Positions 9,446-19,216 of a stretch of 64,000 bases of DNA are shown here, in pieces. The position numbers and the translations under genes were made by a program. The DNA is from Gammaproteobacteria bacterium (GTDB taxonomy: Bacteria; Pseudomonadota; Gammaproteobacteria; S012-40): positions 15,112 to 79,111 of the forward strand of contig CAKKRP010000063.1 of the NCBI GenBank assembly GCA_919902765.1, written 5' to 3'. The notes under the pieces are model-generated. The model was not told the DNA's origin. It did no database searches and saw only the letters and a list, made by a program, of their open reading frames with translations. Each line of letters opens with the position of its first letter. The first letter of the stretch is position 1.

Positions 9446-9563
9446 GACTATAACTCCGACTGGCCATGTGTGCTGCCTGCGTGAAATCCTTGGCAAGACA
9501 CACGGTCGTTGTACTCAGCGGATATGCCGACACACGGAAGGCATTCACCGCTACCAGTCTTGG

Positions 9564-9590
9564 TTAACGGCCTACTGGATGTAAAACTTA
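9564..9590 (-). promoter_or_regulatory. Sigma28 (FliA)-type promoter for flagellin 1
   Basis: The minus strand reads TAAGTTTT-N11-GCCGTTAA against the consensus TAAAGTTT-N11-GCCGATAA. It sits about 120 nt upstream of ATG 9445. Confidence 0.6.
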
Positions 9591-9763
9591 ATGGGAAGGG
9601 TCGCATTCGCCTTACAAGATAATATTTTCCCTTTTATATCAATATAATACTAGATTCATAGCGACTTCACACGTGGCCCCGGAAATACCCGCCACAATTA
9701 TCGAAACCTAGTGTACGAGTTGCTTCAACGACGCACTCATTGAAACCTCTACGCCCACTACCC

Positions 9764-11263
9764 TTATCTCAATAACGTAAGCACGTTTTGCGGTATTTGG
9801 TTGGCCTGCGCCAACATCGCCGTACCGGCTTGCTGGAGTATCTGTGTCCGCGTCAATTCAGCCGTTTCCACCGCAAAATCCGTGTCTCGAATACGCGAAC
9901 GAGCCGCACTCAAATTTTCCACACTCGTTTGCAAATTGCGAATGGTGGATTCAAAACGCGCCTGCAACGCGCCGAAACGCGCCCGCTGGCTGGAAATCTG
10001 CCCTATCGCGGCATCCGCAATCGCCAACGACAGTTTAGAATTGAAGACCGACGACACATCAAGACTGGATACCTGTTGCAATACCGACGCTTCAGTCGCT
10101 GCGGAAATCACTATACCCGTTTGCGTTGCGACACCCCATTGCAGCGTGAAGGTTCTTTGAGAATCGAAAATAACCTGGCCTTCTATATAGGACTTATCAA
10201 TCGTCGCTGCCGCCGCAGCGTTATTCGCTAACGTGATGACGGATCCGACCGTGACGCCGGCAGGAGTGATCCCCTGAATAGTAATATTTCCTGCGTTCGT
10301 ATATGTCGTGTCGGTAACCGTGATATTTTCACCGTCGTAGTGATGCAACATAATGGCGGTTCCATCCGGTTTTACCTCAGCAACCACTCCAGTACGCGAA
10401 GTAAAATCATTGATGGCGGTCACTGCCGCAGTGAGTGAATCCACCCCGGTAGCGGAATTCAATGCGAAACTGACGTTTAATGGCGATGCGTTATTTGCCT
10501 GCAACGTTATTGAATATGCGCCAGACGTGGCGAAACTCATATTCGCGTTGGTTTCCGCAAACCCTTTTACCCCGGTAATATCGGTATATAAATTCACGTC
10601 ACTGGCGACTTTTTTTGCGCTCTCGCCGGTCACCGTTGCGATAGTTGCCACACCTTGCGGCGAAGTAATTACCAGAGTGCCGGTGGTAATTCTTGCCGCC
10701 GCAACGACTGACGTGCTGGCCGCAGTCGTTCCATAACCCCATACACGATAATCGCCATAGTTGTTGGTTCTAAAATTATTGGTGGTTGCGATAATGACTT
10801 GGTTAACATTCGCTCCTACCTGAAAAACCGCAGTACCAAACGTTCCATCAAGAATTTTTTGTCCGTTAAATTCCGCCGAAGTTGAAATTCTCTCCAACTC
10901 CGCAACGAGTTGCGAGACTTCCGTATTCAATGCCTGCCGGTCGCTGGAGGAGTTAGTCGCATTTATAGATTGAACCGCCAGCTCGCGCACACGTTGTAAA
11001 ATACTGACCGCCTCAGCCAACGATCCTTCCGCCACTTGAGATAACGAAATACCGTCGTTAGAATTCCGTTCGGCTACTGTCAAACCCCTTACTTGAGTCG
11101 TGAATCGTTCGGTGATGGCCAATCCGGCGGCATCGTCTTTTGCACTGTTAATTCTCAATCCAGAGGATAGTCTCTGCAATGAGATGCGCAACGCATCTTG
11201 CGATTGATTTAAATTCCGCTGAGCGTTCAGCGACATCACGTTGGTGTTAATTACTTGAGGCAT
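9764..11263 (-). CDS. Flagellin (copy 2, promoter-proximal paralogue)
   Basis: 499 aa with the same conserved termini as copy 1 (MPQVINTNVMSLNAQRNL... and ...LAQANQIPQNVLTLLR). The central domain has diverged. Confidence 0.93.
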   Translation of the reverse strand: MPQVINTNVMSLNAQRNLNQSQDALRISLQRLSSGLRINSAKDDAAGLAITERFTTQVRGLTVAERNSNDGISLSQVAEGSLAEAVSILQRVRELAVQSINATNSSSDRQALNTEVSQLVAELERISTSAEFNGQKILDGTFGTAVFQVGANVNQVIIATTNNFRTNNYGDYRVWGYGTTAASTSVVAAARITTGTLVITSPQGVATIATVTGESAKKVASDVNLYTDITGVKGFAETNANMSFATSGAYSITLQANNASPLNVSFALNSATGVDSLTAAVTAINDFTSRTGVVAEVKPDGTAIMLHHYDGENITVTDTTYTNAGNITIQGITPAGVTVGSVITLANNAAAAATIDKSYIEGQVIFDSQRTFTLQWGVATQTGIVISAATEASVLQQVSSLDVSSVFNSKLSLAIADAAIGQISSQRARFGALQARFESTIRNLQTSVENLSAARSRIRDTDFAVETAELTRTQILQQAGTAMLAQANQIPQNVLTLLR

Positions 11264-11347
11264 GCGAATACCCTCAAAAGCCGTTTTCTAAAGTAGGTGA
11301 CATCAATGATCTAAACCGTGTTTCATCATTGACAAGTATTTTATACA

Positions 11348-11365
11348 TTGCAATGAGTTTGCCAA
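11348..11365 (-). promoter_or_regulatory. Sigma54 (RpoN)-type -24/-12 promoter for flagellin 2
   Basis: The minus strand reads TTGGCAAACTCATTGCAA, so GG-N10-GC spacing is exact against TGGCACG-N4-TTGCW. It sits about 85 nt upstream of ATG 11263 in an AT-rich spacer. Confidence 0.65.
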
Positions 11366-11534
11366 TTTATATATTTTGATTTTTTTAGCATATTTTCGCC
11401 ATAATTTAACAAAATATTATTTTTATACTATAGACAATAGGCGATTATTGCCGGTTAATTTTCTGCGCCCTGTTAGAGTAGGCAACTATTGCCGCGTTCA
11501 CCGGCTTAGATTTATTGCGATTTAATATTCGCTA

Positions 11535-12893
11535 TCATCTAATGTAATTAAAGAGCGATAACGACTGAGTTTTTGCGAATGAATTTTGCGCCGCTTCCAA
11601 TCCCAACAATTGACGGCTAAGACTGGTCGCCGCCTGTGCGTAATCAAGGTCTTTTAATTGCGATATAGTAGACTTCGACTGGATGTTGACCGCATCTAAA
11701 ATGCCTTTTTGACGATCTACAATATTAAGTCGACCGCCGATCTTGGCGCGATAATCTATGATATTACCCAAGCCCTGATCTAGATCGGCGATCACTCGAT
11801 TCATCGCGTTGTGAAAATGCGCCTTGTTCGCGTCGGTATTGTGTGGCATTGCCAGCGCATTCACTAGATTCTGAACGGTCTGAAATATGTCTTGATTGGT
11901 GCTCGGATATAATGTGAAAGAATCGCCAGGAGTCACTATCGGTACCGGCGGCGCGGTGCGCGTACCCGCGTCCGGTGTGCCAATGATTGAGGTTTGCAAG
12001 CCATTAAAGCTGATCGTCGCACCCTCTTTATAGCTCACCCCATTTTCCGCACCTGCGCTGACGGCGGCCAAAAACACCGCCTCTGTCGCATATGCCGCAC
12101 CTGACCCGGACACAATGACTTGCTGAGCCGGAGGCAACGCAGGCGGCGTAGTGATAGGTTGATACAATACGTAATATTGCGGCAAATCGGTGAAGGCTGC
12201 GGGTTGCGGCGGCTGTATAAATTTAATCTCGTAATAACCGGGAGTATAAGTGCCGACTACCGACCCTACGTCTATCATACCGGTACCTACGTTAGCTGCG
12301 CCTTCGGCCGTTTCAAAAACACCGTTCCCTCTTCTAATAAAACGAAATACGTCATCGCCCGAGTCGCTAACCTCTACAAATGTCGAACCGCCGATACGCA
12401 CTTTACGCTGACCTTGGTCGCCAAAATAGGCGAACGTCCCGTTTGTAGTAGCCGCAAACGGAGTTGTTTTACCCTGATACCCGCCATATATGTACTCGCC
12501 ATTGCTATCTCGGGTGTTACCCAAACTAACCAAGCCATCTAACAATAATTCTACTTCAGCACTGATATCACGTAGACTTTCGACCGTTTGTGTGCCGTTA
12601 TTGGCCTGTATGCTAAGCTCGCGAACGCGTTTTATATATTCGCTCACACTATCTAACGTCGTGTCGGCCATAGCCAGCCGATTGGTCGCGTAATCGGCGT
12701 TTTTTGCGAACTGATCATTGGTCGAAATGCCACCCGACAAATCCAATATCCGCGATGCTCCGTATGGATCATCCGCAGGCGCCAACATCCGCAATCCTGA
12801 GGATATTTGCGATTGCGTCTTATTCAACAACGACTGTTGTTGTAACATCCCATCCAATGAATTATTGTAAATCAAGGGCGTCGATACGCGCAT
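11535..12893 (-). CDS. flgL: Flagellar hook-filament junction protein FlgL
   Basis: 452 aa with a flagellin-like N-terminus (MRVSTPLIYNNSLDGMLQQQS) and C-terminus. It is positioned after flgK. Confidence 0.88.
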   Translation of the reverse strand: MRVSTPLIYNNSLDGMLQQQSLLNKTQSQISSGLRMLAPADDPYGASRILDLSGGISTNDQFAKNADYATNRLAMADTTLDSVSEYIKRVRELSIQANNGTQTVESLRDISAEVELLLDGLVSLGNTRDSNGEYIYGGYQGKTTPFAATTNGTFAYFGDQGQRKVRIGGSTFVEVSDSGDDVFRFIRRGNGVFETAEGAANVGTGMIDVGSVVGTYTPGYYEIKFIQPPQPAAFTDLPQYYVLYQPITTPPALPPAQQVIVSGSGAAYATEAVFLAAVSAGAENGVSYKEGATISFNGLQTSIIGTPDAGTRTAPPVPIVTPGDSFTLYPSTNQDIFQTVQNLVNALAMPHNTDANKAHFHNAMNRVIADLDQGLGNIIDYRAKIGGRLNIVDRQKGILDAVNIQSKSTISQLKDLDYAQAATSLSRQLLGLEAAQNSFAKTQSLSLFNYIR

Positions 12894-12899
12894 AGATTA

Positions 12900-14942
12900 T
12901 TATCCTCTTACCGCTGACAACAGGGTTTGAAAGACGGTATTGGCGGTTGAAATCATTTGCGCCGCTGCCGAATAGGCTTGCTGAAATTTGATCATATTCG
13001 CCGCTTCTTCGTCCAAATTTACGCCTGAAACGGACTGCACCAATTCCTCCGCTTGTTTGCGCATCGCCTCTTGCGCGTCGGTGTTTATCTTTCCATCGCG
13101 CGTTATGCCACCCACCTGCACCACCAATTGGCTATAGGCGTCCTGGTAGGTTGCGGTACCGCCAACCAACGTTGTGGTACGCTGTAAATCCGCCAATGCG
13201 CGCGCATTGCGATTATCGCTGAATCCATTAGTGTTATACGCGACATCAAAGGTGTCACCCGGTTGAGGCGTTCCCGATATACTCACTTGCAACGGAAACG
13301 CCGGGCCGGCCCCGGGCGGCAAATCGATGGCCGTACCCGAGGTATACACAAACGGACCGGCGCCACCGGCGATAGGCAGGCCCGTGACAGGATCATCAAC
13401 CTCAAAAGTTGTCGCAGTTAGAAAACGCACACGCATATTTCCGGGTTGTGTTGCGGTACCTGCATTATTAAAACCCGGTGGGACAGGGGGAGGTTGAAAG
13501 AGGGGTTGAGTGATATCTAAGATAGTCGCCAAGCCGATTTTCGCATCGCCTAAGTTGCTTTTTCCGGCCGTTGTCCGCACTGGATCTGCGGCCGCAATGT
13601 CGCGTGGATCGGTGACATTTAACCCTATAGTACGCGATGCGTCTCGCGTCGGGCGAATATTCCAAGTATCGCCGGCCACCGCCGCGCCACCCGTCAAATC
13701 AATCGTTATATCCAGTCCGATTCCATTCAAATTTAAATAGGGCGTCGCAACACCCGCTGCGGGCGCCGGAACGATCGGCGTCGAGGTTTTTGAGGTCGTG
13801 TCGATTAAACTCCAACTGACGCCATCATAGTACACTTTATAATCATGCGCAGTAAGGCTACCCACTCCGTTTAACACGTTTAATGTGGCGGTAACATTGC
13901 CTAGACCGGCATTTAGGGTGCTGGGGGCGACATTTGGAACGGGCGCACTGAAAAAACTCGCAGTGCCCAATTTGTTGTTTAAATCCATTCCTAACTCATG
14001 TTGCTTGTTAAAGGTGTCGGCTATGCCCATTGCCACTCTGCCGATTTGATTTATCGCAGGTAATAATAGGCGGTTACGAAAATCCAACAAGCCTCCCAAT
14101 TCACCGTCTTTTAATCGCGCGGTCAAATTCACCGGCGTGGGTAAAAAAGGGGGCGCGTAGAATATGTCATTAAATTGCACGTCATCCGGATTGGGCGATG
14201 ATTTTAGCGCAATCGCCTGCCCGCCCAATACCATCCCTTGGCCGCTTCCTATGAATATATTTATAGAGCCGTCATCTTGCTTTAACGTCGTAACGCCGAT
14301 AATTTTCGACAAATTCGTGATTAACTGGTCTCTCTGATCCAACAAATCATTGGGTGGCTGGTTGTGGCCAAGGCCAGTCGCTATTACTATATCTTTATTT
14401 GCAGCGGCAATTTGCGACGCTATGGCGTTGATTTCCGTCACCATCGCATCCACACGTTTGTTTACGGCGACGCGCGCATCCGATAGCAATTGTGAACTAC
14501 TGTAAAACCGGGTGACCAGCACATTGGCGTTATTGAGCATGACGCTACGCGCAGGAATTGAGGTTGGATCATCCGCCACCTGCTGCACGGAATCGAAAAA
14601 CTCTTGTATCGCCGGATCTAATCCAGCGGATTTGTCGGCCAGCAAATTGTCAATTTGTTCGGCCATATCCACAAATGATCTAAAACTTTCATAAGTAGAA
14701 TTACGATAACGCAACTGATTGACCGCAGTCTCCTCGAACATCCTACGTGTCGTCACCGCATGCACGCCGGTGCCCAAAAAACCATTGCCTTGCGGCGTCG
14801 GATAATTGCTTGTCAATTCAACTCGTTGTCTGGAATAACCCTCCGTATTGACGTTGGATACGTTGTGACCGATAGTTGCAAGCGTTTTCTGGAACGCCTT
14901 TAGGCCGGACACGCCTACGCTCAATAAATCTCCGCCTGCCAT
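12900..14942 (-). CDS. flgK: Flagellar hook-associated protein FlgK
   Basis: 680 aa. The N-terminus (LSVGVSGLKAFQKTLATIGHNVSNVNTEGYSRQ) and C-terminus (EEAANMIKFQQAYSAAAQ) are FlgK hallmarks. Confidence 0.9.
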   Translation of the reverse strand: MAGGDLLSVGVSGLKAFQKTLATIGHNVSNVNTEGYSRQRVELTSNYPTPQGNGFLGTGVHAVTTRRMFEETAVNQLRYRNSTYESFRSFVDMAEQIDNLLADKSAGLDPAIQEFFDSVQQVADDPTSIPARSVMLNNANVLVTRFYSSSQLLSDARVAVNKRVDAMVTEINAIASQIAAANKDIVIATGLGHNQPPNDLLDQRDQLITNLSKIIGVTTLKQDDGSINIFIGSGQGMVLGGQAIALKSSPNPDDVQFNDIFYAPPFLPTPVNLTARLKDGELGGLLDFRNRLLLPAINQIGRVAMGIADTFNKQHELGMDLNNKLGTASFFSAPVPNVAPSTLNAGLGNVTATLNVLNGVGSLTAHDYKVYYDGVSWSLIDTTSKTSTPIVPAPAAGVATPYLNLNGIGLDITIDLTGGAAVAGDTWNIRPTRDASRTIGLNVTDPRDIAAADPVRTTAGKSNLGDAKIGLATILDITQPLFQPPPVPPGFNNAGTATQPGNMRVRFLTATTFEVDDPVTGLPIAGGAGPFVYTSGTAIDLPPGAGPAFPLQVSISGTPQPGDTFDVAYNTNGFSDNRNARALADLQRTTTLVGGTATYQDAYSQLVVQVGGITRDGKINTDAQEAMRKQAEELVQSVSGVNLDEEAANMIKFQQAYSAAAQMISTANTVFQTLLSAVRG

Positions 14943-14974
14943 ACGTCACCGCCTCTACCTAATAATTTCAAGGA

Positions 14975-15544
14975 TCAACACTTCTCTACAATCAAATTTT
15001 CTATAAATAGATCTATATTTTTTTCGCCGCATTGGCAATGGCAGTTCGTATTTGACGCGTTTGTGTTATTTTGAGCGCTGTTTGGCGCGTTATCCTTTTT
15101 TTTGTCCATCACGGGGGGTGGCTGCCCGGCAGGTAGATCACGATGTACTTTAATTATCCCTGGCGCTTGCAACGAGACTTTTTTTTGGCCGGCTTTATTG
15201 ATTTCTACTTGCTCACCGCCACCCTCTTGAGGCATTTGCTTGCGCATATATTCCGCGAGCACCTTACCCAAGCCTAATCCGCCTTGCTTCGATAGACTGA
15301 GCGCCAATTGCTGATCCGACATCTCACGATAAAGTGTTTCACCCGACCCGCCTAGCAACGGATCACCCATCGTGGTAGCACGCATGGATTTAATTAACAT
15401 GCCGACAAACAACGACTCGAATTGAGCGGCCACTGCTTTGATGGTATCGCCATCGAGTTTTTTTCCGGCCTTGGCGCGTAGTGTGCCGAGCTCCGGCAAG
15501 TCGTAATAGGCTTGCTGCGCGGTTGTAGATATAGCATCGCTCAT
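14975..15544 (-). CDS. flgJ: FlgJ-like rod-binding protein (rod-binding domain only, no muramidase domain)
   Basis: 189 aa. It has the rod-binding motif AAQFESLFVGMLIKSMR and lies between flgI and flgK. No glucosaminidase-like C-terminal domain is visible; the C-terminus is low complexity with a Cys-rich tail. Confidence 0.8.
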   Translation of the reverse strand: MSDAISTTAQQAYYDLPELGTLRAKAGKKLDGDTIKAVAAQFESLFVGMLIKSMRATTMGDPLLGGSGETLYREMSDQQLALSLSKQGGLGLGKVLAEYMRKQMPQEGGGEQVEINKAGQKKVSLQAPGIIKVHRDLPAGQPPPVMDKKKDNAPNSAQNNTNASNTNCHCQCGEKNIDLFIENLIVEKC

Positions 15545-15560
15545 ACTATTCTCCTTACCG

Positions 15561-16655
15561 TTAAATCACTATGAGTTCGGCGCGTAAGGCGCCTGCTTCT
15601 TTCAAGGCCTCGAGTATTGCAACCAAATCCCCCGGCGCGGCGCCCACATCATTGATGGCTTGAACAATCTCATCCAGAGACACGCCCGGATTGAAAACGA
15701 ACATACGTTTTTGCTCTTCTACCGCTGTCACCGCTGAGTTCACAGCCCCTACGGTATTGCCACCAGAGAACGGCGGCGGCTGACTTACCAGCGGCTGATT
15801 TTTCACAGTGACGATGAGATTTCCATGTGCAACCGCCGCAGGAGACACCCGTACACCCTTGCCTATCACTACCGTACCGGTGCGTGAATTTATAATTACC
15901 TTTGCCGATGCGTCAACGGGCTTGATTTCCAATTCTTCCAATAAAGCGATATAAGAAACGCGTTGCCCGATGTCGCGCGGTGCGGCGATCTGGATAGTCA
16001 CCGAATCCACCGGAATGGCGGTGCCTTCTCCAAATTTTTTATTGACCGCCTCCACCAAATTCTGCGCGAGTGAAAAATCCGCAACGCGCAAATTGAGTAT
16101 GATGTGATCCGCCGTGCCCAACTCAGTGGGTACCGTGCGTTCTACCGTGGCGCCATTGAGCACCCGGCCTGCGCTAGGGACATTGACGGTGATTTTCGAT
16201 CCATCCCCTTGCACACCGAATCCGCTCACCACGACATTGCCTTGCGCCAACGCATACACCTGCCCATCCGCTCCGCGCAATGGCGACATCAACAGGCTAC
16301 CCCCGCGCAGGCTTTTTGAGTTGCCTATCGAACTCACCGTGACATCTATCGTCTGTCCTACTTTTGCAAACGGCGGCAGATCGGCATGCAACGACACTGC
16401 CGCCACATTTTTTAACTGTGGATTCACATCCGGCGGCACGGTCACTCCGAATTGCGCCAACATTGCTTTAATACTCTGTACCGTAAACGGCGTTTGACTC
16501 GTTTGATCGCCCGTTCCATCTAACCCGACCACTAAACCGTAGCCGATCAATTGGTTGTTTCTGACACCCGCCACGGTAGCCAAATCTTTAATACGCTCCG
16601 CCATCACCGATGTGGAACACAATATAATTGAAATCCCGGCCAGTATAATTTTCAT
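15561..16655 (-). CDS. flgI: Flagellar P-ring protein FlgI
   Basis: Typical FlgI sequence ([31 protein letters not shown]). The start is set at ATG 16655 (signal peptide [27 protein letters not shown]), 8 nt past the flgH stop, rather than at the longer track ORF. Confidence 0.92.
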   Translation of the reverse strand: MKIILAGISIILCSTSVMAERIKDLATVAGVRNNQLIGYGLVVGLDGTGDQTSQTPFTVQSIKAMLAQFGVTVPPDVNPQLKNVAAVSLHADLPPFAKVGQTIDVTVSSIGNSKSLRGGSLLMSPLRGADGQVYALAQGNVVVSGFGVQGDGSKITVNVPSAGRVLNGATVERTVPTELGTADHIILNLRVADFSLAQNLVEAVNKKFGEGTAIPVDSVTIQIAAPRDIGQRVSYIALLEELEIKPVDASAKVIINSRTGTVVIGKGVRVSPAAVAHGNLIVTVKNQPLVSQPPPFSGGNTVGAVNSAVTAVEEQKRMFVFNPGVSLDEIVQAINDVGAAPGDLVAILEALKEAGALRAELIVI

Positions 16656-16663
16656 ATCCACCT

Positions 16664-17332
16664 TTAGAACGGCCACCAAGGGCTGTTAAAAAACCGAGTC
16701 AACCAACCGGGCGAACTGCTATCCGCTAATGTACCCGTCCCGGCATAGATAATCTGCGCATTGGCAACATTGCTGGATAACACCGTGTTGTCGGATTTGA
16801 TATCCGCGATGCGCACGATACCTGAGAATCGGATGTGTTCACTGCCTTGATTGAGCGTCAGCAGTTTTTCGCCCTGAACGACGAGATTGCCATTGGCCAA
16901 CGTCTCCACTACGGTGACGGTGATGCGGCCGGTTAAACTATTGCTTTGCGCGGTGTCACCCTTGCCTGCGAATTTTTGTTTGGAATCGACGGAGGCCTCT
17001 AAAATATTTTTTCCATTGTAAGTGACGCCCCCTCCAAACACCGTTGGAATGGGTAGGCTTAAATTACTTTCTTTGCTACTGCCGTTGCTGGCGCTCTTTT
17101 TCGCCGCTGTACTTTCCTGCAACACTATCGTTAAGATGTCACCGATGTGTCGCGCCGTCGAGTCATTAAATATTCCAGCAGTGGTGCCAGGCTGATATAT
17201 ACTGCCATTGCTGACCGCCACGGGTTCGGCGCGTATTGGCCGCACGGGTACAAAATTGGCATCTGGCTTAGGCATATCCGATGCGCAACCCCACATGCTT
17301 AACGATAGAATGAGTGATAATAGTTTAGTCAT
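16664..17332 (-). CDS. flgH: Flagellar L-ring lipoprotein FlgH
   Basis: 222 aa with a lipobox (LSMWGC) and typical FlgH core motifs ([26 protein letters not shown]). Confidence 0.92.
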   Translation of the reverse strand: MTKLLSLILSLSMWGCASDMPKPDANFVPVRPIRAEPVAVSNGSIYQPGTTAGIFNDSTARHIGDILTIVLQESTAAKKSASNGSSKESNLSLPIPTVFGGGVTYNGKNILEASVDSKQKFAGKGDTAQSNSLTGRITVTVVETLANGNLVVQGEKLLTLNQGSEHIRFSGIVRIADIKSDNTVLSSNVANAQIIYAGTGTLADSSSPGWLTRFFNSPWWPF

Positions 17333-17337
17333 ATATG

Positions 17338-18123
17338 TTACAAGTTGCTGCTGATGTAGCGTAGCATTTCATCGGTAGTAGAAATCGCCTTTGAATTCAT
17401 CTCATAGGCGCGCTGTGTTTCAATCATATTAACGAGCTCTTCCGCAACATTTACGTTTGAGCTTTCCAACGATCCTTGCAGTATCGTGCCTAATCCTTCC
17501 AAACCGGGATTGGCGACACGCGGCGCTCCGCTGGCCAAGGTCTCTTGAAATAAGTTGTTTCCAACGGGCTGCAGCCCGGCGACATTCACAAAATCCGCAA
17601 GCTGAATTTGTCCGATTTCCTGTGGCGCGATGGCGCCCGGGATTAGCACCGACACAATTCCGTCCGCTCCTATGGTGACGCTACGCACATCTGCGGGTAT
17701 GGTAATTCCAGGTAATACGGGATATCCCAAGGCGGTCACCAACCGGCCTTGCGCATCGACTTGAAAACTGCCGTCGCGGGTATAATTCGTACCGCCGTCC
17801 GGCATTTGTATTTGCAGAAATCCACGTCCTTGTACCGCCACGTCATAGGCGTTTTCGGTATTGATGAGGTTGCCTTGTTGAAATATTTTCTGTGTTGCTA
17901 CCGTTTTTACACCGCTGCCCAGGCTTAAGCCAGAAGGCAACATGGTGTTTTCACTGGTCGGACCGCCGGCCTGTCGTATATTTTGATATATCAGATCCTC
18001 GAACACGCCGCGCCCGCGTTTGAACCCTGTGGTCGAGACGTTGGCGAGATTATTCGAAACCACCGCCATACGCGTCTGTTGCGAGTCCAATCCGGTCTTA
18101 GATATCCAAAGGGCGCGATCCAT
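17338..18123 (-). CDS. flgG: Flagellar distal rod protein FlgG
   Basis: 261 aa with conserved rod N- and C-terminal motifs ([14 protein letters not shown] ... [19 protein letters not shown]). Confidence 0.93.
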   Translation of the reverse strand: MDRALWISKTGLDSQQTRMAVVSNNLANVSTTGFKRGRGVFEDLIYQNIRQAGGPTSENTMLPSGLSLGSGVKTVATQKIFQQGNLINTENAYDVAVQGRGFLQIQMPDGGTNYTRDGSFQVDAQGRLVTALGYPVLPGITIPADVRSVTIGADGIVSVLIPGAIAPQEIGQIQLADFVNVAGLQPVGNNLFQETLASGAPRVANPGLEGLGTILQGSLESSNVNVAEELVNMIETQRAYEMNSKAISTTDEMLRYISSNL

Positions 18124-18306
18124 ATAGTGTCACCTTGAGTAAATACAAAATCGTTAAAAACATGCCACGTTGCGCGGTGCGCTGACGGAACTATGCAGAT
18201 ACTATAGGCAAGCTCCATACCATCCGATAAAAATATAAATTCGGGCGGCGACGGAAGCGAAAAAATGACAGTGAGCCGATTGTGTAAAGAATCAGCTCAC
18301 AAGATA

Positions 18307-18426
18307 TTAACAGTCTCAAAATTGTCTGGACATCGAAACAATATCGTACTGCAATTCGCAGCCGAAAACCCCCTCTCCCTAACCCTCCCCCGCGAGGGGG
18401 GAGGGGAACTATTATGAGACGGTTAA
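18307..18426. repeat. 120-bp palindromic element with a GC-rich REP-like core, in the flgF-flgG spacer
   Basis: Outer inverted repeat ttaacagtctca (18307-18318) and tgagacggttaa (18415-18426), with 1 mismatch. Inner 9-bp G/C hairpin ccctccccc-gcgag-gggggaggg (18383-18405). Confidence 0.55.
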
Positions 18427-18446
18427 TAATTGAATGAATTCATTGA

Positions 18447-19187
18447 TTAACCGAATTTCAATAACGTCTGTGAAGCTTGATCATTTTCTTTTGCAGTGGT
18501 CATCCCTTTGATTTGCAGTTCGTAATGTCGTTGATATTGCACCATTTTCACCAACGCATCCGCAGGCGTCACATTACTCCCTTCCAACACGCCGGAGACC
18601 ACGGTAACCGCAGGGCTGGGCGCCGCATTTTGATCGTCACGCGTTCTGATTAGACCGTCTTCGCCTTTTTTAAGATTATCCGCGCCCGGTCGTACCAATT
18701 TAATTCGATCGACCACCACTAAGGCGTTCGCACCTTGCCCTATAGGCTGAATTGCGACACTGCCATCCGGTTGAATGACTACGTTTTCCGATGGCGGCAA
18801 TGCGATAGGCCCGCCATTGCCGATGACCGGCAAGCCATTGCCGGTGACTAACATACCTAGATTTGTGACTTGAAAATCACCGGCGCGAGTATATGCTTCG
18901 TCACCGTTGCGCGCCTGTACGGCAATCCACCCTGCGCCCTTTATTGCGATATCCAAATCTCGATTCGTGTTGATCAACGGGCCTGACCGTAAGTCCATAC
19001 CCGGTCGTTCGTCCATCGCATATGCACGCGAGGGCATGCCCGGACCAAACACCGGTTGACTGCGGAATTGGGCCAGCTCGGCGCGGAATCCGGTGGTCGC
19101 GATATTGGCCAAATTATGGTTGTTTTGGGCCAAGGCCAAAAAACTTTCTTTAGCGCCGCTCATGCCTATGTATAACATTCTGTCCAT
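18447..19187 (-). CDS. flgF: Flagellar proximal rod protein FlgF
   Basis: 246 aa with rod-family termini (NNHNLANIATTGFRA ... MVQYQRHYELQIK). It lies between flgE and flgG. Confidence 0.9.
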   Translation of the reverse strand: MDRMLYIGMSGAKESFLALAQNNHNLANIATTGFRAELAQFRSQPVFGPGMPSRAYAMDERPGMDLRSGPLINTNRDLDIAIKGAGWIAVQARNGDEAYTRAGDFQVTNLGMLVTGNGLPVIGNGGPIALPPSENVVIQPDGSVAIQPIGQGANALVVVDRIKLVRPGADNLKKGEDGLIRTRDDQNAAPSPAVTVVSGVLEGSNVTPADALVKMVQYQRHYELQIKGMTTAKENDQASQTLLKFG

Positions 19188-19216
19188 ATTATGCGCCTAA
19201 TTAGCATTAATAACGT

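Noticed and set aside
9446-9496. 17-codon N-terminal extension of flagellin 1 (MPRISRRQHTWPVGVIV...)
   Set aside because: Flagellins begin at the conserved M-(A/P)-Q-(V/I)-INTN. The paralogue starts exactly there, and the extension has no counterpart.
14943-15544. Possibility that the short flgJ is a pseudogene truncated by a frameshift
   Set aside because: flgK begins 33 nt after the flgJ stop, so no downstream sequence is left that could encode a displaced muramidase domain. The gene looks like a genuine single-domain flgJ.
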